A stretch of 64,000 bases of DNA from an uncultured Rickettsiales bacterium (GTDB lineage Bacteria > Myxococcota_A > UBA796 > UBA9615), in NCBI GenBank assembly GCA_964416435.1, contig CAYQEG010000010.1, positions 3,488 to 67,487 of the forward strand, given 5' to 3'. Below the pieces are notes generated by a model. It was not told the DNA's origin. It made no database searches and saw only the letters and a program-made list of their open reading frames with translations. Positions 8,216 to 18,308 of the stretch are shown here, in pieces (within the stretch, counting starts at the first letter, position 1; every line of letters starts with the position of its first letter). A program made the translations under genes and the position numbers.

Positions 8216-10345
8216 TCAATACGGGCTCGGCAGGACGTAGGTCCGCCCCGCCTCCGCGAGGGGTGACCAGCGCCCCCACGCTCCGATCACCAGGTCGTCC
8301 AGGCCGTCGCCGTCGATGTCCCCGCCCCGGCACAGCGTGCCGCCGACCGTGTCGCCCGCCTCCTCGCCGACGAACGCCGCGTCGGCGAGGCCGACGGAGA
8401 CCGGCCCGTCGAGCGACGAGAGCGACGAGCCGAGGAACAGGAAGGTCTTGCCGGCGAACTCGCCCCCCTCGGCGTCGCCGAAGGCGCCGATCAGCACGTC
8501 GTCCAGGCCGTCCCCGTCCACGTCTCCGGCCGACGCGACGCTGCCGCCGACCCGCTGGATGTCGGCCGTCGCGGTGAAGGTGATCGCGGCGCCGGCGAGC
8601 GTAGCGCCACCGGCGACCAGGTCCGAGCCGAGCACCAGGTAGGCCTCGCCGCCGGCCTCCTGGGTGCCGTCGGCGAACCAGGCGCCGATCAGCAGGTCGC
8701 CCCGTCCGTCACCGTCGACATCCCCCGCCGACGCGAGCTTGCGGCCCGCCTGGTTGTCGGCGGCGAGGCCGTGGAGCGTCACGTCGGCCGAGGCGAGCGG
8801 GATCGTGCCTCCGCCGACCGCCGACGACGAGAAGATGACGTAGGTGGCCCCGGCCTCGAAGGCCGTGACGCTGGCCCCCTTGCTCCCCACCACGATCTCC
8901 GCCCCGCCGTCGCCCTCGACGTCCGGGATCAGGTCCACCCACCAGCCGGCGAGGTCGAACGCGGCGACCCCCGGCATCTGGACGTCCGCGTCCCCCAGCC
9001 AGACGACCCCGCTGGCGGGCACCGACGACGCGAAGACGAGGTACGCCTTGCCGGCGTCGCCGGAGGTGTCGTTGTTGCCGTAGCCGCCGAAGAGCAGGTC
9101 GTCGCGCCCGTCGCCGTCCACGTCCTCGCCGCCCCGGAACGCCCAGCCGGTCCAGTCGAACGCCCACTCGCCCTGGAAGATCACGTCCGCGTCGCTCGCG
9201 ATCAGCGTGCCCCCTGCCGCCAGGGACGCTCCATAGAAGAGGTACGTCGCCCCCGTCTCCTGGTCCCAGGTGTCCGCGGTGTAGGACCCCACGAGCACGT
9301 CGTCGAGGCCGTCCCCGTCCACGTCGCCCGCGGGCGCCACCGACCAGCCGAGGTAGTCGTAGGGGGCGTCGCCGACGATCGTGGCGTGGGCCGACGTGGC
9401 GAGGCCCAGGTCGCCGCCGTCGGCCAGCGCCGAGCCGAGCACCAGCCACGCCTCGCCCGACGCCTGCCCGTTGGCGTCGCTCCAGTTGGCCCCGACGAAC
9501 ACGTCGTCCAGGCCGTCCCCGTCCACATCCCCGACGCCGCAGGCGCCCATCCCGCTGTGGTCGAACTCGTCGTGGCCGTCCAGCCAGGTCGGCGCGACGC
9601 TCAGGTCGAGGGCGTCGCTGCCGTCGCAGTTGCTGTCGACCCCGTCGGTGGGGTCCTCCCAGCCGGGCCGGCCGGGGTAGACGTCGGCCCGCTCGTCGTC
9701 GCAGTCCCCCTCGCAGGGGACGACGCTGTCCCCGTCGGAGTCGACCTCGAACTCCGCGAGCTCGCCGTCGCAGTTGTCGTCGAAGCCGTTGCAGATCTCT
9801 TCGGCGTCGGGGTGGATCTCGGCGACCGCGTCGTTGCAGTCCCCCAGACAGGGCCACAGGCCGTCCCCGTCCAGGTCCTGCTCGTTGCTCGGCACGTAGG
9901 CGTCGCAGTCGTCGTCGACGCCGTTGCACTCCTCGGGGCGGCCGGAGTAGCGGAGCGGGTCGGCGTCGTCACAGTCCCCCGCGCAGCCGGGCTGCCCGTC
10001 CCCATCACCGTCCAGCTCGCCGGGGTCGGGGGCCCCGTCACAGTCCGTGTCGATCGCGTCGCAGCCCTCGTCGGCGCCCGGGTGGACCGCGGAGGCGCCG
10101 TCGTCGCAGTCAGGGCCGCCGCTCGCGTCGCTCGCGAAGCCGTCCCCGTCGTTGTCCTGGCCGTCGACGCCGTCGCAGTCCTGGTCGATGTCATCGCCGA
10201 ACGGATCGAGAGCGAATCCCCGCTCGGGGTCATCCGGGGCGCAGTCGAGGTGGTCGGGGACCCCGTCCCCGTCGAAGTCGGCGAGGCCGCCGGGGCCACA
10301 CCCCCACGACAAGACCAACACGAACGCTGCGCCCAGACCCCTCAC
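8216..10345 (-). CDS. Lipoprotein with tandem Cys-rich myxobacterial-type putative metal-binding repeats (DCDD...CNG.DDDCDG) followed by FG-GAP integrin-alpha repeats
   Basis: Lipobox LSWGC; repeated CxDDDxDxxxPxxxExCNGxDDDCDG units; multiple GDVDGDGLDD FG-GAP motifs. Confidence 0.7.
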   Translation of the reverse strand: MRGLGAAFVLVLSWGCGPGGLADFDGDGVPDHLDCAPDDPERGFALDPFGDDIDQDCDGVDGQDNDGDGFASDASGGPDCDDGASAVHPGADEGCDAIDTDCDGAPDPGELDGDGDGQPGCAGDCDDADPLRYSGRPEECNGVDDDCDAYVPSNEQDLDGDGLWPCLGDCNDAVAEIHPDAEEICNGFDDNCDGELAEFEVDSDGDSVVPCEGDCDDERADVYPGRPGWEDPTDGVDSNCDGSDALDLSVAPTWLDGHDEFDHSGMGACGVGDVDGDGLDDVFVGANWSDANGQASGEAWLVLGSALADGGDLGLATSAHATIVGDAPYDYLGWSVAPAGDVDGDGLDDVLVGSYTADTWDQETGATYLFYGASLAAGGTLIASDADVIFQGEWAFDWTGWAFRGGEDVDGDGRDDLLFGGYGNNDTSGDAGKAYLVFASSVPASGVVWLGDADVQMPGVAAFDLAGWWVDLIPDVEGDGGAEIVVGSKGASVTAFEAGATYVIFSSSAVGGGTIPLASADVTLHGLAADNQAGRKLASAGDVDGDGRGDLLIGAWFADGTQEAGGEAYLVLGSDLVAGGATLAGAAITFTATADIQRVGGSVASAGDVDGDGLDDVLIGAFGDAEGGEFAGKTFLFLGSSLSSLDGPVSVGLADAAFVGEEAGDTVGGTLCRGGDIDGDGLDDLVIGAWGRWSPLAEAGRTYVLPSPY

Positions 10346-10395
10346 CTGACGATCCTACCCATCCCCACCTCGGAGCGAGTTAGATTGCGCGTCCC

Positions 10396-11748
10396 ATGGC
10401 CAAGGAAGGGAAGATCAGCGGGCTGTTCAAGCGCCTCACCGGGAGCCATCCGGCGGCGCCTCCGCCCCCGTTGACGGCGTTGGTGGTCGCCGACTCGTTC
10501 GAGGACGGGCAGCCCGTCGCCAACCTGCTTCGGGGCATGGGCCTGGAGGCGTCGCTGAACATCGGCGGCGAGCAGGCGCTCGCCAGCCTGCAGCGCAAGC
10601 TCCCCGACCTCGTCTACCTGGACTGCTGGGAGTCGCGCATGAGCGGGCTGCCGCTCATCGAGGTCGCCATGCACTACCACCCCACGCTGCCGTCGCGGGT
10701 GCTGGCGCGGCCCCCGGGACGGGTCGGCGGCGGCATCGGCAAGAAGCTGCTCGCGCTCGGGGTGCGGACCTTCGTGCCCGCCCGCCTGTCGGTGCGCTGG
10801 CTCGCCGAGGCGGTGGAGGAGACCACGGGCCGGTCGATCGACCCCGCGGTGCTGCAGGCCCTGGTCGGAAACGAGCCGGCCCGCAGCGCCGACGCCGACG
10901 AGATCGAAGCCGGCACGGAGATCGCGGGCCGCTACGTGGTCGACGGGTTCCTGGGGCGCGGCGCCTGCGCGACGGTGCACCGCGTGGTGGATCCCGAGCG
11001 GGACGGGCGGCCGCTGGCGCTCAAGCTGCGGGCCAGCGACGTCGTCGTCGCGGACGCCGAGGCGCGACTGCTCTGCGAGTTCGACGTCGGGCGTCGGATC
11101 GAGCACCCCAACGTCGTGCAGACCTTCGACCACGGCACCTGGGAGGGACGCGGCTTCGTCACCCTCGAGCTGCTCCTGGGCGAGAGCCTGGGCACCCGCC
11201 TGGAGGAAGAGGGGGGCGCGCTGCCGGTCCTGCGGGAGGCGGTGCCGCTGCTCGTCGGCGCGACGAGGGGGCTGGCCGCGGTCCACGAGGCCGGCGTCGT
11301 GCACCGGGACGTCAAGCCCGAGAACCTGGTGATCGACGGGGCCAGCGGCGAGGTGAAGTTGATCGACTTCGGCATCGCCCAGCCGCCCGACGCGCCGGAC
11401 GCCGGGCCGGTCGAGCAGATCCTGGGGACCCCCAGCTACGTCAGCCCGGAGCAGCTCCGCGGCGAGACCCACGGCACCACCGCGAGCGACGTCTACTCCC
11501 TCGGAGTCGTCTTCTACGAGACGCTGACGGGGCGGCGACCCCACCGCGGCCGCGACATCGAGACGCTGCTGATGCGCATCGCGACGAACCCTCCGACCGC
11601 GCCCGCCAAGCTCAACCCGGCGGTGCCGCGCGGGCTGTCGGACCTGGTGATGGCGATGCTGGCGAAGCAAGCCCGCCAGCGACCCGCCAACTGCGCCGAC
11701 GTGCTGGCCGACCTGGCCGTGGACAAGGTGCTGGAGGGGCTCGCCTGA
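10396..11748 (+). CDS. Ser/Thr protein kinase with N-terminal receiver-like domain
   Basis: Kinase motifs GRGACATVHR...ALK, HRDVKPENLV, DFG, SPE; N-terminal 120 aa resemble a CheY-like receiver (LVVADSFEDG...LVYLDCW). Confidence 0.75.
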   Translation: MAKEGKISGLFKRLTGSHPAAPPPPLTALVVADSFEDGQPVANLLRGMGLEASLNIGGEQALASLQRKLPDLVYLDCWESRMSGLPLIEVAMHYHPTLPSRVLARPPGRVGGGIGKKLLALGVRTFVPARLSVRWLAEAVEETTGRSIDPAVLQALVGNEPARSADADEIEAGTEIAGRYVVDGFLGRGACATVHRVVDPERDGRPLALKLRASDVVVADAEARLLCEFDVGRRIEHPNVVQTFDHGTWEGRGFVTLELLLGESLGTRLEEEGGALPVLREAVPLLVGATRGLAAVHEAGVVHRDVKPENLVIDGASGEVKLIDFGIAQPPDAPDAGPVEQILGTPSYVSPEQLRGETHGTTASDVYSLGVVFYETLTGRRPHRGRDIETLLMRIATNPPTAPAKLNPAVPRGLSDLVMAMLAKQARQRPANCADVLADLAVDKVLEGLA

Positions 11749-11751
11749 CGG

Positions 11752-12465
11752 TCAGGCGGGGCTCACCGCCGGGATCGGCGAAGCCTGAGACTGCCGGACG
11801 AAGATGGAAACCGACGCCAGGTCGGCGATCAGCGTCGCAGCGAGCAGCCACTGGACGAACGGATCGTTGAGCGACGTTCCGTTGCCGGTCGCGAAGACCG
11901 CCGCCCAGGGCATCAGCACCACGTTGATCGCGGTCAGCGCGTCCGCGGCGACGCGGGTGCCCAGCGTCCAGCCGGTGACCGCCCCCCGCCCCCGGAGGAT
12001 GAACGCCGGGAACAGCACGGCGATGATCCCCTGGGCGATGAGCGCCGGGAGCATGCCGTTGGTCTGCTGGAAGAACGCCACCCACCCGATCGTGCCGCCC
12101 AGCGCGAGCACCGTGACGATGGCCGCCCAGGCGCGGGCATAGCGAGCCCACTCCTCCTCCGGCATCAGCTTGCGAGCCCACACGAACGTCTGCACGAGCA
12201 GCACGGTGTCGAACACGAACCACGACAGCTCGAAGGCGTGGAAGAGCGGCGACTCGAACGGGAAGACGAGGGCGAACATCGCCTCGTACGACCACATCGC
12301 GGCGATCGCGACGAGGGGGAACGCCGGCTTCTTGGACTTGTAGGCCGCGTAGATCGCGGTGAGGTAGCAGGCAGTCCAGGCCATGTCGGCCAGACCGCCG
12401 ATGACGTAGTTGTGAACGCCGAGGAACGGCGCGTCGATTCCAGCGAACAGTGTGCCCAGGTTCAC
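11752..12465 (-). CDS. Hypothetical polytopic membrane protein (6-7 TM helices)
   Basis: ORF in track; highly hydrophobic, Trp-rich; no recognised motif. Confidence 0.45.
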   Translation of the reverse strand: MNLGTLFAGIDAPFLGVHNYVIGGLADMAWTACYLTAIYAAYKSKKPAFPLVAIAAMWSYEAMFALVFPFESPLFHAFELSWFVFDTVLLVQTFVWARKLMPEEEWARYARAWAAIVTVLALGGTIGWVAFFQQTNGMLPALIAQGIIAVLFPAFILRGRGAVTGWTLGTRVAADALTAINVVLMPWAAVFATGNGTSLNDPFVQWLLAATLIADLASVSIFVRQSQASPIPAVSPA

Positions 12466-12537
12466 AGTCGTCCTCCGTCGGGGCTCTATCGTCCGACGGA
12501 GGGCTCGCTTGAGTCACTCAAGCGGCGGTCAGCGCTC

Positions 12538-12696
12538 TCAGTTGTCGTCTCCGTTGAGGATCACGAGCGCCGCGATGACGCCGGGAACCCAGCCGATGAT
12601 CGTCAGGATCAGGACGATGATCATGGAGCCGCAGCCCTTGTCCACGACCGCGAGGGGCGGGAAGAGGATGGCGAGCAGAACACGAAACAGACTCAC
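12538..12696 (-). CDS. Pmp3/YqaE (UPF0057) family small hydrophobic protein, 52 aa; not in ORF track
   Basis: Hand-translated: GTG start 6 nt after GGAGG; MSLFRVLLAILFPPLAVVDKGCGSMIIVLILTIIGWVPGVIAALVILNGDDN matches the Pmp3 consensus (LAILLPPLAV...GW.PG.IHA). Confidence 0.6.
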   Translation of the reverse strand: MSLFRVLLAILFPPLAVVDKGCGSMIIVLILTIIGWVPGVIAALVILNGDDN

Positions 12697-12738
12697 GGAG
12701 GACCTCCAGTCACCCCGGATTACGGATCGTGCGGCGCC

Positions 12739-14064
12739 CTATTTCAGCCAACCCTCGAGCAGGCCGCGGAGGGACGGCTCGCCGTCGATCTCCTCGAGGT
12801 CGTAGGCGACCCGGAGCAGCGGCTTGCCGACCGTGATGATCCGCCCCAGGTCGATGGGGGTGCCGCTGAGCACGAGGTCGGCCGGCACGGCGTCGAGCGT
12901 CTCCTGCAGATCGGTCCGCTGCTGCTCGGAGTAGCCCATCGCCGGCACCAGGGCGGCGAGGGCGGGGTAGGAGCGGCGGGTGGTTCGAAGCTCGCCCTTG
13001 AAGAACGGGCGGGGGTCGACGATCTCCGCGCCGGCCCGCTGCGCCAGGAGCGTCGCGGCTCCGTAGGGCATGCCGCCGTGGGTCGTCGTCGGCCCGTCCT
13101 CGACGCAGACGACGCGCTTGCCGGCGAGCTCCTCGATGTCGCCGTCGACGAGGCTGAGCCTGGACGCGACCGCGACGACCGTCGCCCCGGGGTTCACCTG
13201 GGCGACGAGCTTGCGCTCGCGGGCCACCAGCTCCGGCGACGCGGTCTGGCTCTTGGCGATGAGCACCACGTCGGCGAGCCGAAGCTGCGCCTCGGAGGGG
13301 TAGTACTTCAGCTCGTCACCGGCCCGGAGGGGGTCGACGAGCACGACGTGGAGGTCCGGGCGGAAGAACGGGAGGTCGTTGTTGCCGCCGTCCCAGACCA
13401 CGACGTCCGCCTCCTGCTCGGCCCGCCGCAGGATGCGCTCGTAGTCGACCCCGGCGAACACCACCCGGCCGGCCGCGACGTACGGCTCGTACTCCTCGCG
13501 CTCCTCGATGGTGCAGTCGTGGGCGGTCAGGTGGTCGAAGGTCTCGAAGCGCTGCACCGCCTGGGCGACCAGGTCCCCGTAGGGCATGGGGTGGCGCACG
13601 CCGACCGCCCGGACGCCGAGGTCCTCCAGGAGGCCGAGCAGGTGGCGGGTCGCCTGGCTCTTGCCGCAGCCGGTGCGCACCGCACAGACGGCCATCACGG
13701 GCCTGCTCGACGCGAGCATGGTGCGGAAGCCGCCGGGGAGCACGAAGTCGAGGCCGGCGGCCTGGACCCGGGCGGCCATGCGGGTGACGTACTCGTTGCT
13801 CACGTCCGAGTAGGCGAAGACCGCCTGGTCGAGCTGCTCCCGGGCGATCAGGTCCTCCAGGTCGTCCTCGGGGACGATCGGGATCCCGTCGGGGTACCGC
13901 GGTCCGGCGAGCGCGGCGGGGAACCGGCGGTCGTCGATGTAGGGGATCTGGGTGGCGGTGAACGCGACGACTTCGACGTTGGGGTCGTCGCGGTAGAGGG
14001 TCAGGTAGTCGTGGAAGTCGCGCCCCGCGGCGCCGAGGATGACGATACGCATGGCCGCGATCAT
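12739..14064 (-). CDS. COG2403-family P-loop protein (predicted GTPase; cyclic 2,3-diphosphoglycerate synthetase-like)
   Basis: N-terminal Rossmann-like MRIVILGAAGRDFHDY; Walker A RTGCGKSQ; 441 aa. This COG/family assignment is recalled from memory and unchecked; only the Walker A motif is firm. Confidence 0.5.
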   Translation of the reverse strand: MIAAMRIVILGAAGRDFHDYLTLYRDDPNVEVVAFTATQIPYIDDRRFPAALAGPRYPDGIPIVPEDDLEDLIAREQLDQAVFAYSDVSNEYVTRMAARVQAAGLDFVLPGGFRTMLASSRPVMAVCAVRTGCGKSQATRHLLGLLEDLGVRAVGVRHPMPYGDLVAQAVQRFETFDHLTAHDCTIEEREEYEPYVAAGRVVFAGVDYERILRRAEQEADVVVWDGGNNDLPFFRPDLHVVLVDPLRAGDELKYYPSEAQLRLADVVLIAKSQTASPELVARERKLVAQVNPGATVVAVASRLSLVDGDIEELAGKRVVCVEDGPTTTHGGMPYGAATLLAQRAGAEIVDPRPFFKGELRTTRRSYPALAALVPAMGYSEQQRTDLQETLDAVPADLVLSGTPIDLGRIITVGKPLLRVAYDLEEIDGEPSLRGLLEGWLK

Positions 14065-14113
14065 GGGCGAGATCGCACAAGCTCACCAGCCCCGACGCTG
14101 GGTGGCTCCGACC

Positions 14114-15034
14114 TCAGCCGACCCCGTCGAACCAGTCGTCGAAGGGGAAGTCCGACCCGATCCGCGACAGCGAGTCGCGGGCCAGCCGATCGATGGCCGC
14201 CTGCTGCTCGGAGGAGAGCGCCTCACTCGAGCCTCCGGCCTTGCCGGCGCGGATCATCTTGACCTCGGTCGCCGGGCCGGCGCCGGGCAACGGGATCGGC
14301 CGGAACTGGGACTCGTGGGCCTTCATCCAGGGCAGCCCCGCGCGCTCCAGGACCGTCGCTCGCTCGCTCTCCGTCAGCCGGACCCCCAGGTGGTCAGCGA
14401 TGCGATCGACGTGGCCCGGCAGGTCGCGCTTCATGTCGCGGAAGTTGAGCAGCAGCACGTTGGCTCGCTCGCGCTGCGGCCACCAGCCCGCGGTGTACTC
14501 CGCCCAGGAGCCGAACGGCAGGCGGTCGGCGAGCCACAGCGTCGTCCACTTCTCGATGGAGAAGGTGTCCAGGACGCCGACGAGGCCGATCATGAAGTAG
14601 TAGGCCGAGACCGCCACCTCCTTCGGGTCGCGGAGCACCACGACGATCCGGGCCTCGCTCTGCCAGGGCACCTGCCCCGCCCCGCCGTGGGTCTTGATGA
14701 CGCGGTGACCGGTGGGCGACAGGGGCGGGGGCGGGTCCAGGCCGAGGACGAAGCTGGGAGCGTCGGGCCAGGGCACCACGTCGTGGATGTGGTCGAACTC
14801 GGCGGCGCCCCGCCAGGCGATCTGCTGGGCGATCTGCAGGCACCAGTTGGTGCCGCTCTTGGGGTAGGTGGCGACGATCACGTCCTCGGGCCCGGCGTCA
14901 TAGCCCTCGAAGTGGCCCCGCGAGGCGAGCGCCCGAGCGGCGAGCGGCGACAGCAGCCGCGCCGCCGGCACGGCGAGGCGCAGCGCGTGCGCGGCGCGGA
15001 ACGCGAGGATGACCGGAGCGAGCGGCTCGATCAC
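14114..15034 (-). CDS. Sulfotransferase (PAPS-dependent family)
   Basis: 5'-PSB motif TYPKSGTNW and 3'-PB-like RDPKEVAVS. Confidence 0.65.
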   Translation of the reverse strand: MIEPLAPVILAFRAAHALRLAVPAARLLSPLAARALASRGHFEGYDAGPEDVIVATYPKSGTNWCLQIAQQIAWRGAAEFDHIHDVVPWPDAPSFVLGLDPPPPLSPTGHRVIKTHGGAGQVPWQSEARIVVVLRDPKEVAVSAYYFMIGLVGVLDTFSIEKWTTLWLADRLPFGSWAEYTAGWWPQRERANVLLLNFRDMKRDLPGHVDRIADHLGVRLTESERATVLERAGLPWMKAHESQFRPIPLPGAGPATEVKMIRAGKAGGSSEALSSEQQAAIDRLARDSLSRIGSDFPFDDWFDGVG

Positions 15035-15050
15035 GGCGACGTCGGAACCG

Positions 15051-15383
15051 TCAGCCGGAGAGGGCGGCGTCGAACTTCGCCGCGAGGACGAAGTCGCTCT
15101 CGGTCAGCCCGTCGATCTCGTGCGTCCAGATGGTCACCGCGACCTTGCCCCACGCCAACTCGATGTCCGGGTGGTGCCATTGCTCCTGAGCGATGGCGCT
15201 GATCCGGTTGACGAACGCCAGCGCCCCGACGAAGTCGTCGAAGCGATAGCGGTTGCGCAAGTGATGGTCGTCGACCACCGCCCAGGTACCGCCGAGCTGG
15301 GCCTGCAACGGCGCGATCTCCGCCGGCGTCAGCGGGTCCACGCCGCCCTTGCAGGGCACACAGTCCTTCTCAGCGAGGCTCAT
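15051..15383 (-). CDS. Pterin-4a-carbinolamine dehydratase (PCD/DCoH family); start taken at internal Met MSLAEKDC
   Basis: PLTPAEIAPLQAQLGGTWAVVDDHHL...WHHPDIE pattern of PCD; ATGA overlap with the upstream metallophosphoesterase stop at 15380-15383. Confidence 0.65.
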   Translation of the reverse strand: MSLAEKDCVPCKGGVDPLTPAEIAPLQAQLGGTWAVVDDHHLRNRYRFDDFVGALAFVNRISAIAQEQWHHPDIELAWGKVAVTIWTHEIDGLTESDFVLAAKFDAALSG

Positions 15384-16579
15384 CGCTCCTCCGTCGGGCG
15401 GGTCGCCGCCACGCCCTGCCACCACTCGAAGTGCCGACGCATCGGGTCGGTCCGGTCGAAGAAGACCAGGTACGACATCGCGTCGTACGCGAGGAACACC
15501 TCCTCGCTATCGGCCACCTTGCCGAGCTGGTGGACCGTGCGCCAGGTGCCGGTGTTGAAGTAGGCGGCGGGCTTGCCGTCGATCGGTCCGAGCGGCCGCA
15601 TGCCGGCGAAGTGCGTGTGGCCGTTGACCACGAAGCGCAGGCCCGCGTTGCGCTCCTCCTGCAGCGACTCCCAGGCGGCCTGGGCGAAGCGCGTGTCGAA
15701 CAGGCCGAACATCACCTTGTAGGCCTCGGCGAACTTCGGGTCCTGGATGCGGTAACCCTTCGCCGACAACGACAGCAGCATCCGGATCTTGGACGCCAGG
15801 TCGAACCGGAACGCCTTGTGGTGCTCCTTGAACCAGTCCGTGACCTGCGGGTTGTCGAGGAACTCGTGCACGAGTCGGCCCCACGCCCGCGCGACCTCGC
15901 GGCCGACTCCGTGAACCTCCTGGGCGACCATGCTCCGGACCCACGAGGGCACCGCGAAGATCGGACGGACGTCGTCGATGTCGTCCAGCCTCGGGTCGTC
16001 GATGCCCAGCTCCTCGCGGATCATGAGCGGGAACCGGACGACGAGCTCGGACGCGATCAGGTCCGCCAGCGGGGCCGCCCCCTCCGGGGCGCTGCAGAAG
16101 TCGTCCACGGTGTGGCCGTGATAGGCGTAGACCCCGTGCTCGGCGAACCGCAGCTCCAGCGGGAACGCGGCGTCGCCGCCGGGCAGCCCCAGCGCCTCCC
16201 GCACCGCCGCGCGCGCCTTCGGGGCGGTCGCGAGCAGCCGGTCGTGGTTGCCCAGGGAGTAGTGGACCCGGAGCCGGCCGCCCTGCACGCGCTCTCGGAT
16301 GGCGTCGAAGAAGGGCTGCTCAGCCGCCACGGTGGCGCGGACCTGGCGCTCGGTCTCCGCGGCGAGCTCGGCCGACGGCGGGTGGTAGGGGCGCAGATCC
16401 CCGTCCAGCCAGACCGGGGAGCGCACCAGGTCGAAGAAGTCGCCGACGATGGCGAGGTCGACCGGCCCGTCGTGGGGCTGCCGCTCGATCCGCTCCCAGA
16501 ACCGGGCGAACTGCTCGTGCTTGGGGATGTGTGACTCGGCCCCCGGGCGGAGGTGCAGGTCGCTGACGAAGATCAACAT
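15380..16579 (-). CDS. Calcineurin-like metallophosphoesterase
   Basis: MLIFVSDLHL, GDFFD, GNHD, GHTH phosphoesterase motifs. Confidence 0.7.
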   Translation of the reverse strand: MLIFVSDLHLRPGAESHIPKHEQFARFWERIERQPHDGPVDLAIVGDFFDLVRSPVWLDGDLRPYHPPSAELAAETERQVRATVAAEQPFFDAIRERVQGGRLRVHYSLGNHDRLLATAPKARAAVREALGLPGGDAAFPLELRFAEHGVYAYHGHTVDDFCSAPEGAAPLADLIASELVVRFPLMIREELGIDDPRLDDIDDVRPIFAVPSWVRSMVAQEVHGVGREVARAWGRLVHEFLDNPQVTDWFKEHHKAFRFDLASKIRMLLSLSAKGYRIQDPKFAEAYKVMFGLFDTRFAQAAWESLQEERNAGLRFVVNGHTHFAGMRPLGPIDGKPAAYFNTGTWRTVHQLGKVADSEEVFLAYDAMSYLVFFDRTDPMRRHFEWWQGVAATRPTEER

Positions 16580-16582
16580 CGG

Positions 16583-17389
16583 TCAGTCGAAGTCGAGGTC
16601 GGGGGGCAGGGGGTAGGAGCCGGACAGCGCGCTGAGGGGCCGGAACGACGCCGTTCGGGTGATGTCGTCGCCGATCTCGACGACCACGACCGTCACGTTG
16701 TCGTGGCCCCCGGCGGCGTTGGCGAAGTCCACGAGGGAGTCAGGGATCTCCGACAGCGGCGCGTCGAAGTCGACCAGGAGATCCTGGTCGGTGTGCACGT
16801 GGTCGCTCAGGCCGTCGCTGCACAGCAGCAGGCGGTCCCCCGGCTCGACCTCCAGGGGCAACACGTCCGGCTCCACCTCGGGATCGCGCCCGAGGCTGCG
16901 GGAGAGGACGTGGCCGAATTGACCGTTGCGGGCGTTCTTCTCCGACAGCACGCCCATCCGCACCAGCTCCGCCATCGCGGTGTGGTCGGAGGTGACCTGG
17001 TCCAGCTTGCCGTCCCGGAGCAGGTACAGGCGGGAGTCACCCACGTGGGCGACCGCGGCGTCGCCGCCCCGGACGAGCAGCAGGGTCAAGGTGGTCGCCA
17101 TGCCGTCGAGCTTCGGGTCCTGCGTCGAGGAGTCGTGCACGGCCCGGGCGGCGGCCTTGACGGCCGCCCGCACGACGTCGGCCAGGGTCGGACCGACGGT
17201 CGCCAGCCCATCGCTGACGGTCTTCACCGAGACCTCGACCGCGATCTTCGACGCCACCTCCCCGGCGGCCGCCCCGCCGACGCCGTCGGCGACGATGTAC
17301 AGCCCGAGCCCGTCGTCGGTGTAGAAGGAGTCCTCGTTGTGATCTCGGATCATACCGACGTCGGAGCGCGCGATGCCGCGTGTCTTCAC
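16583..17389 (-). CDS. PP2C-family Ser/Thr protein phosphatase
   Basis: ADGVGG, DGMATT, VGDSR, DGLSD, GGHDNVTVVVV motifs. Confidence 0.8.
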   Translation of the reverse strand: MKTRGIARSDVGMIRDHNEDSFYTDDGLGLYIVADGVGGAAAGEVASKIAVEVSVKTVSDGLATVGPTLADVVRAAVKAAARAVHDSSTQDPKLDGMATTLTLLLVRGGDAAVAHVGDSRLYLLRDGKLDQVTSDHTAMAELVRMGVLSEKNARNGQFGHVLSRSLGRDPEVEPDVLPLEVEPGDRLLLCSDGLSDHVHTDQDLLVDFDAPLSEIPDSLVDFANAAGGHDNVTVVVVEIGDDITRTASFRPLSALSGSYPLPPDLDFD

Positions 17390-17417
17390 CGTGTCCTCCC
17401 GATCCTTCGACCCCGGC

Positions 17418-18296
17418 CTACGTCGGCTCCCACCGCCCGTACGCCTCGATGTCCGCCTGCGCCAGTCCCCCCACCAGCCCCATCAGGTGGTCGGCGACCT
17501 CCTGGTCCGTCCGCCCCTCGAGCAGATCCCCCACCCGCACCGACTCGTCGAAGCGGATGCGGATCATGCGCTGGGGATCGCCACGGTGGCCTTGCGTCGA
17601 GTAGACGAAGACCTCCTTCTTGAAGTCGCTGCCCATGCCGATGATGAAGTACGGGAGCACCCGGGTGTCGGGGTGACACGCGCGCAGCATGCGGCCGACG
17701 CCCTTCTTCGCGGGCAGGAACTCGTACGGGTCCGGGCCCTTCCCCCGCGTCCCCTCGGGGTGGTAGCCGAGCACCGCGCCGCGGCGCTCGAGGGCCCAGC
17801 CGGCCTGCTCCAACGCCTGGGGGTTGAGCGACTGCTTGCGGTCGTCCCGGAACACCGGCGGCCACATCGCGCAGCCGCTGATCGACAGGTTCACGAGCAG
17901 CCCGATCGGGTTGCTGTAGAAGAACTTGCTGCGGACCGGGAAGTAGAGCCGGTCCATGAAGCGCGCCTTGCGCTTGTAGAGCAGCGCCGACGTCACATAC
18001 ATGTCGAAGAAGCTGCGGTGGTTGCTCACCAGCACCACGCCGTGGTCGCTGTCGATCGACGTCGCGTGCTCCAGCCCGGAGACCTGCCAGCGGCGACGGG
18101 CGAACAGGCTGATCCAGGTCGCCGTCCAGTAGCGGACGAAGAACTGGATGAAGTCCTTGAGCCCGCCGCTGGTGTTGATCGCGTTGCAGAGCGGCACGGA
18201 GAACTTCTCGAAGCCCCGCAGGGACGCCGGAGGGAACGAGGGGAACCGCCCGCGCGTGCGGGTCAGTTCCTTTGCTTGAGTGCTCGCCTCGGTCAT
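17418..18296 (-). CDS. Lysophospholipid (1-acyl-glycerol-3-phosphate) acyltransferase family protein
   Basis: NHRSFFD (HX4D) and HPEGTR acyltransferase motifs. Confidence 0.65.
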   Translation of the reverse strand: MTEASTQAKELTRTRGRFPSFPPASLRGFEKFSVPLCNAINTSGGLKDFIQFFVRYWTATWISLFARRRWQVSGLEHATSIDSDHGVVLVSNHRSFFDMYVTSALLYKRKARFMDRLYFPVRSKFFYSNPIGLLVNLSISGCAMWPPVFRDDRKQSLNPQALEQAGWALERRGAVLGYHPEGTRGKGPDPYEFLPAKKGVGRMLRACHPDTRVLPYFIIGMGSDFKKEVFVYSTQGHRGDPQRMIRIRFDESVRVGDLLEGRTDQEVADHLMGLVGGLAQADIEAYGRWEPT

Positions 18297-18308
18297 CAGC
18301 GTGGCAGC

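Noticed and set aside
8771-10474. 567-aa plus-strand ORF, and several 100-400 aa ORFs, opposite the FG-GAP lipoprotein
   Set aside because: They are antisense to a well-supported repeat-containing gene and have no motifs.
12238-14262. 674-aa plus-strand ORF
   Set aside because: It is antisense to the COG2403 P-loop gene and the sulfotransferase, with biased composition.
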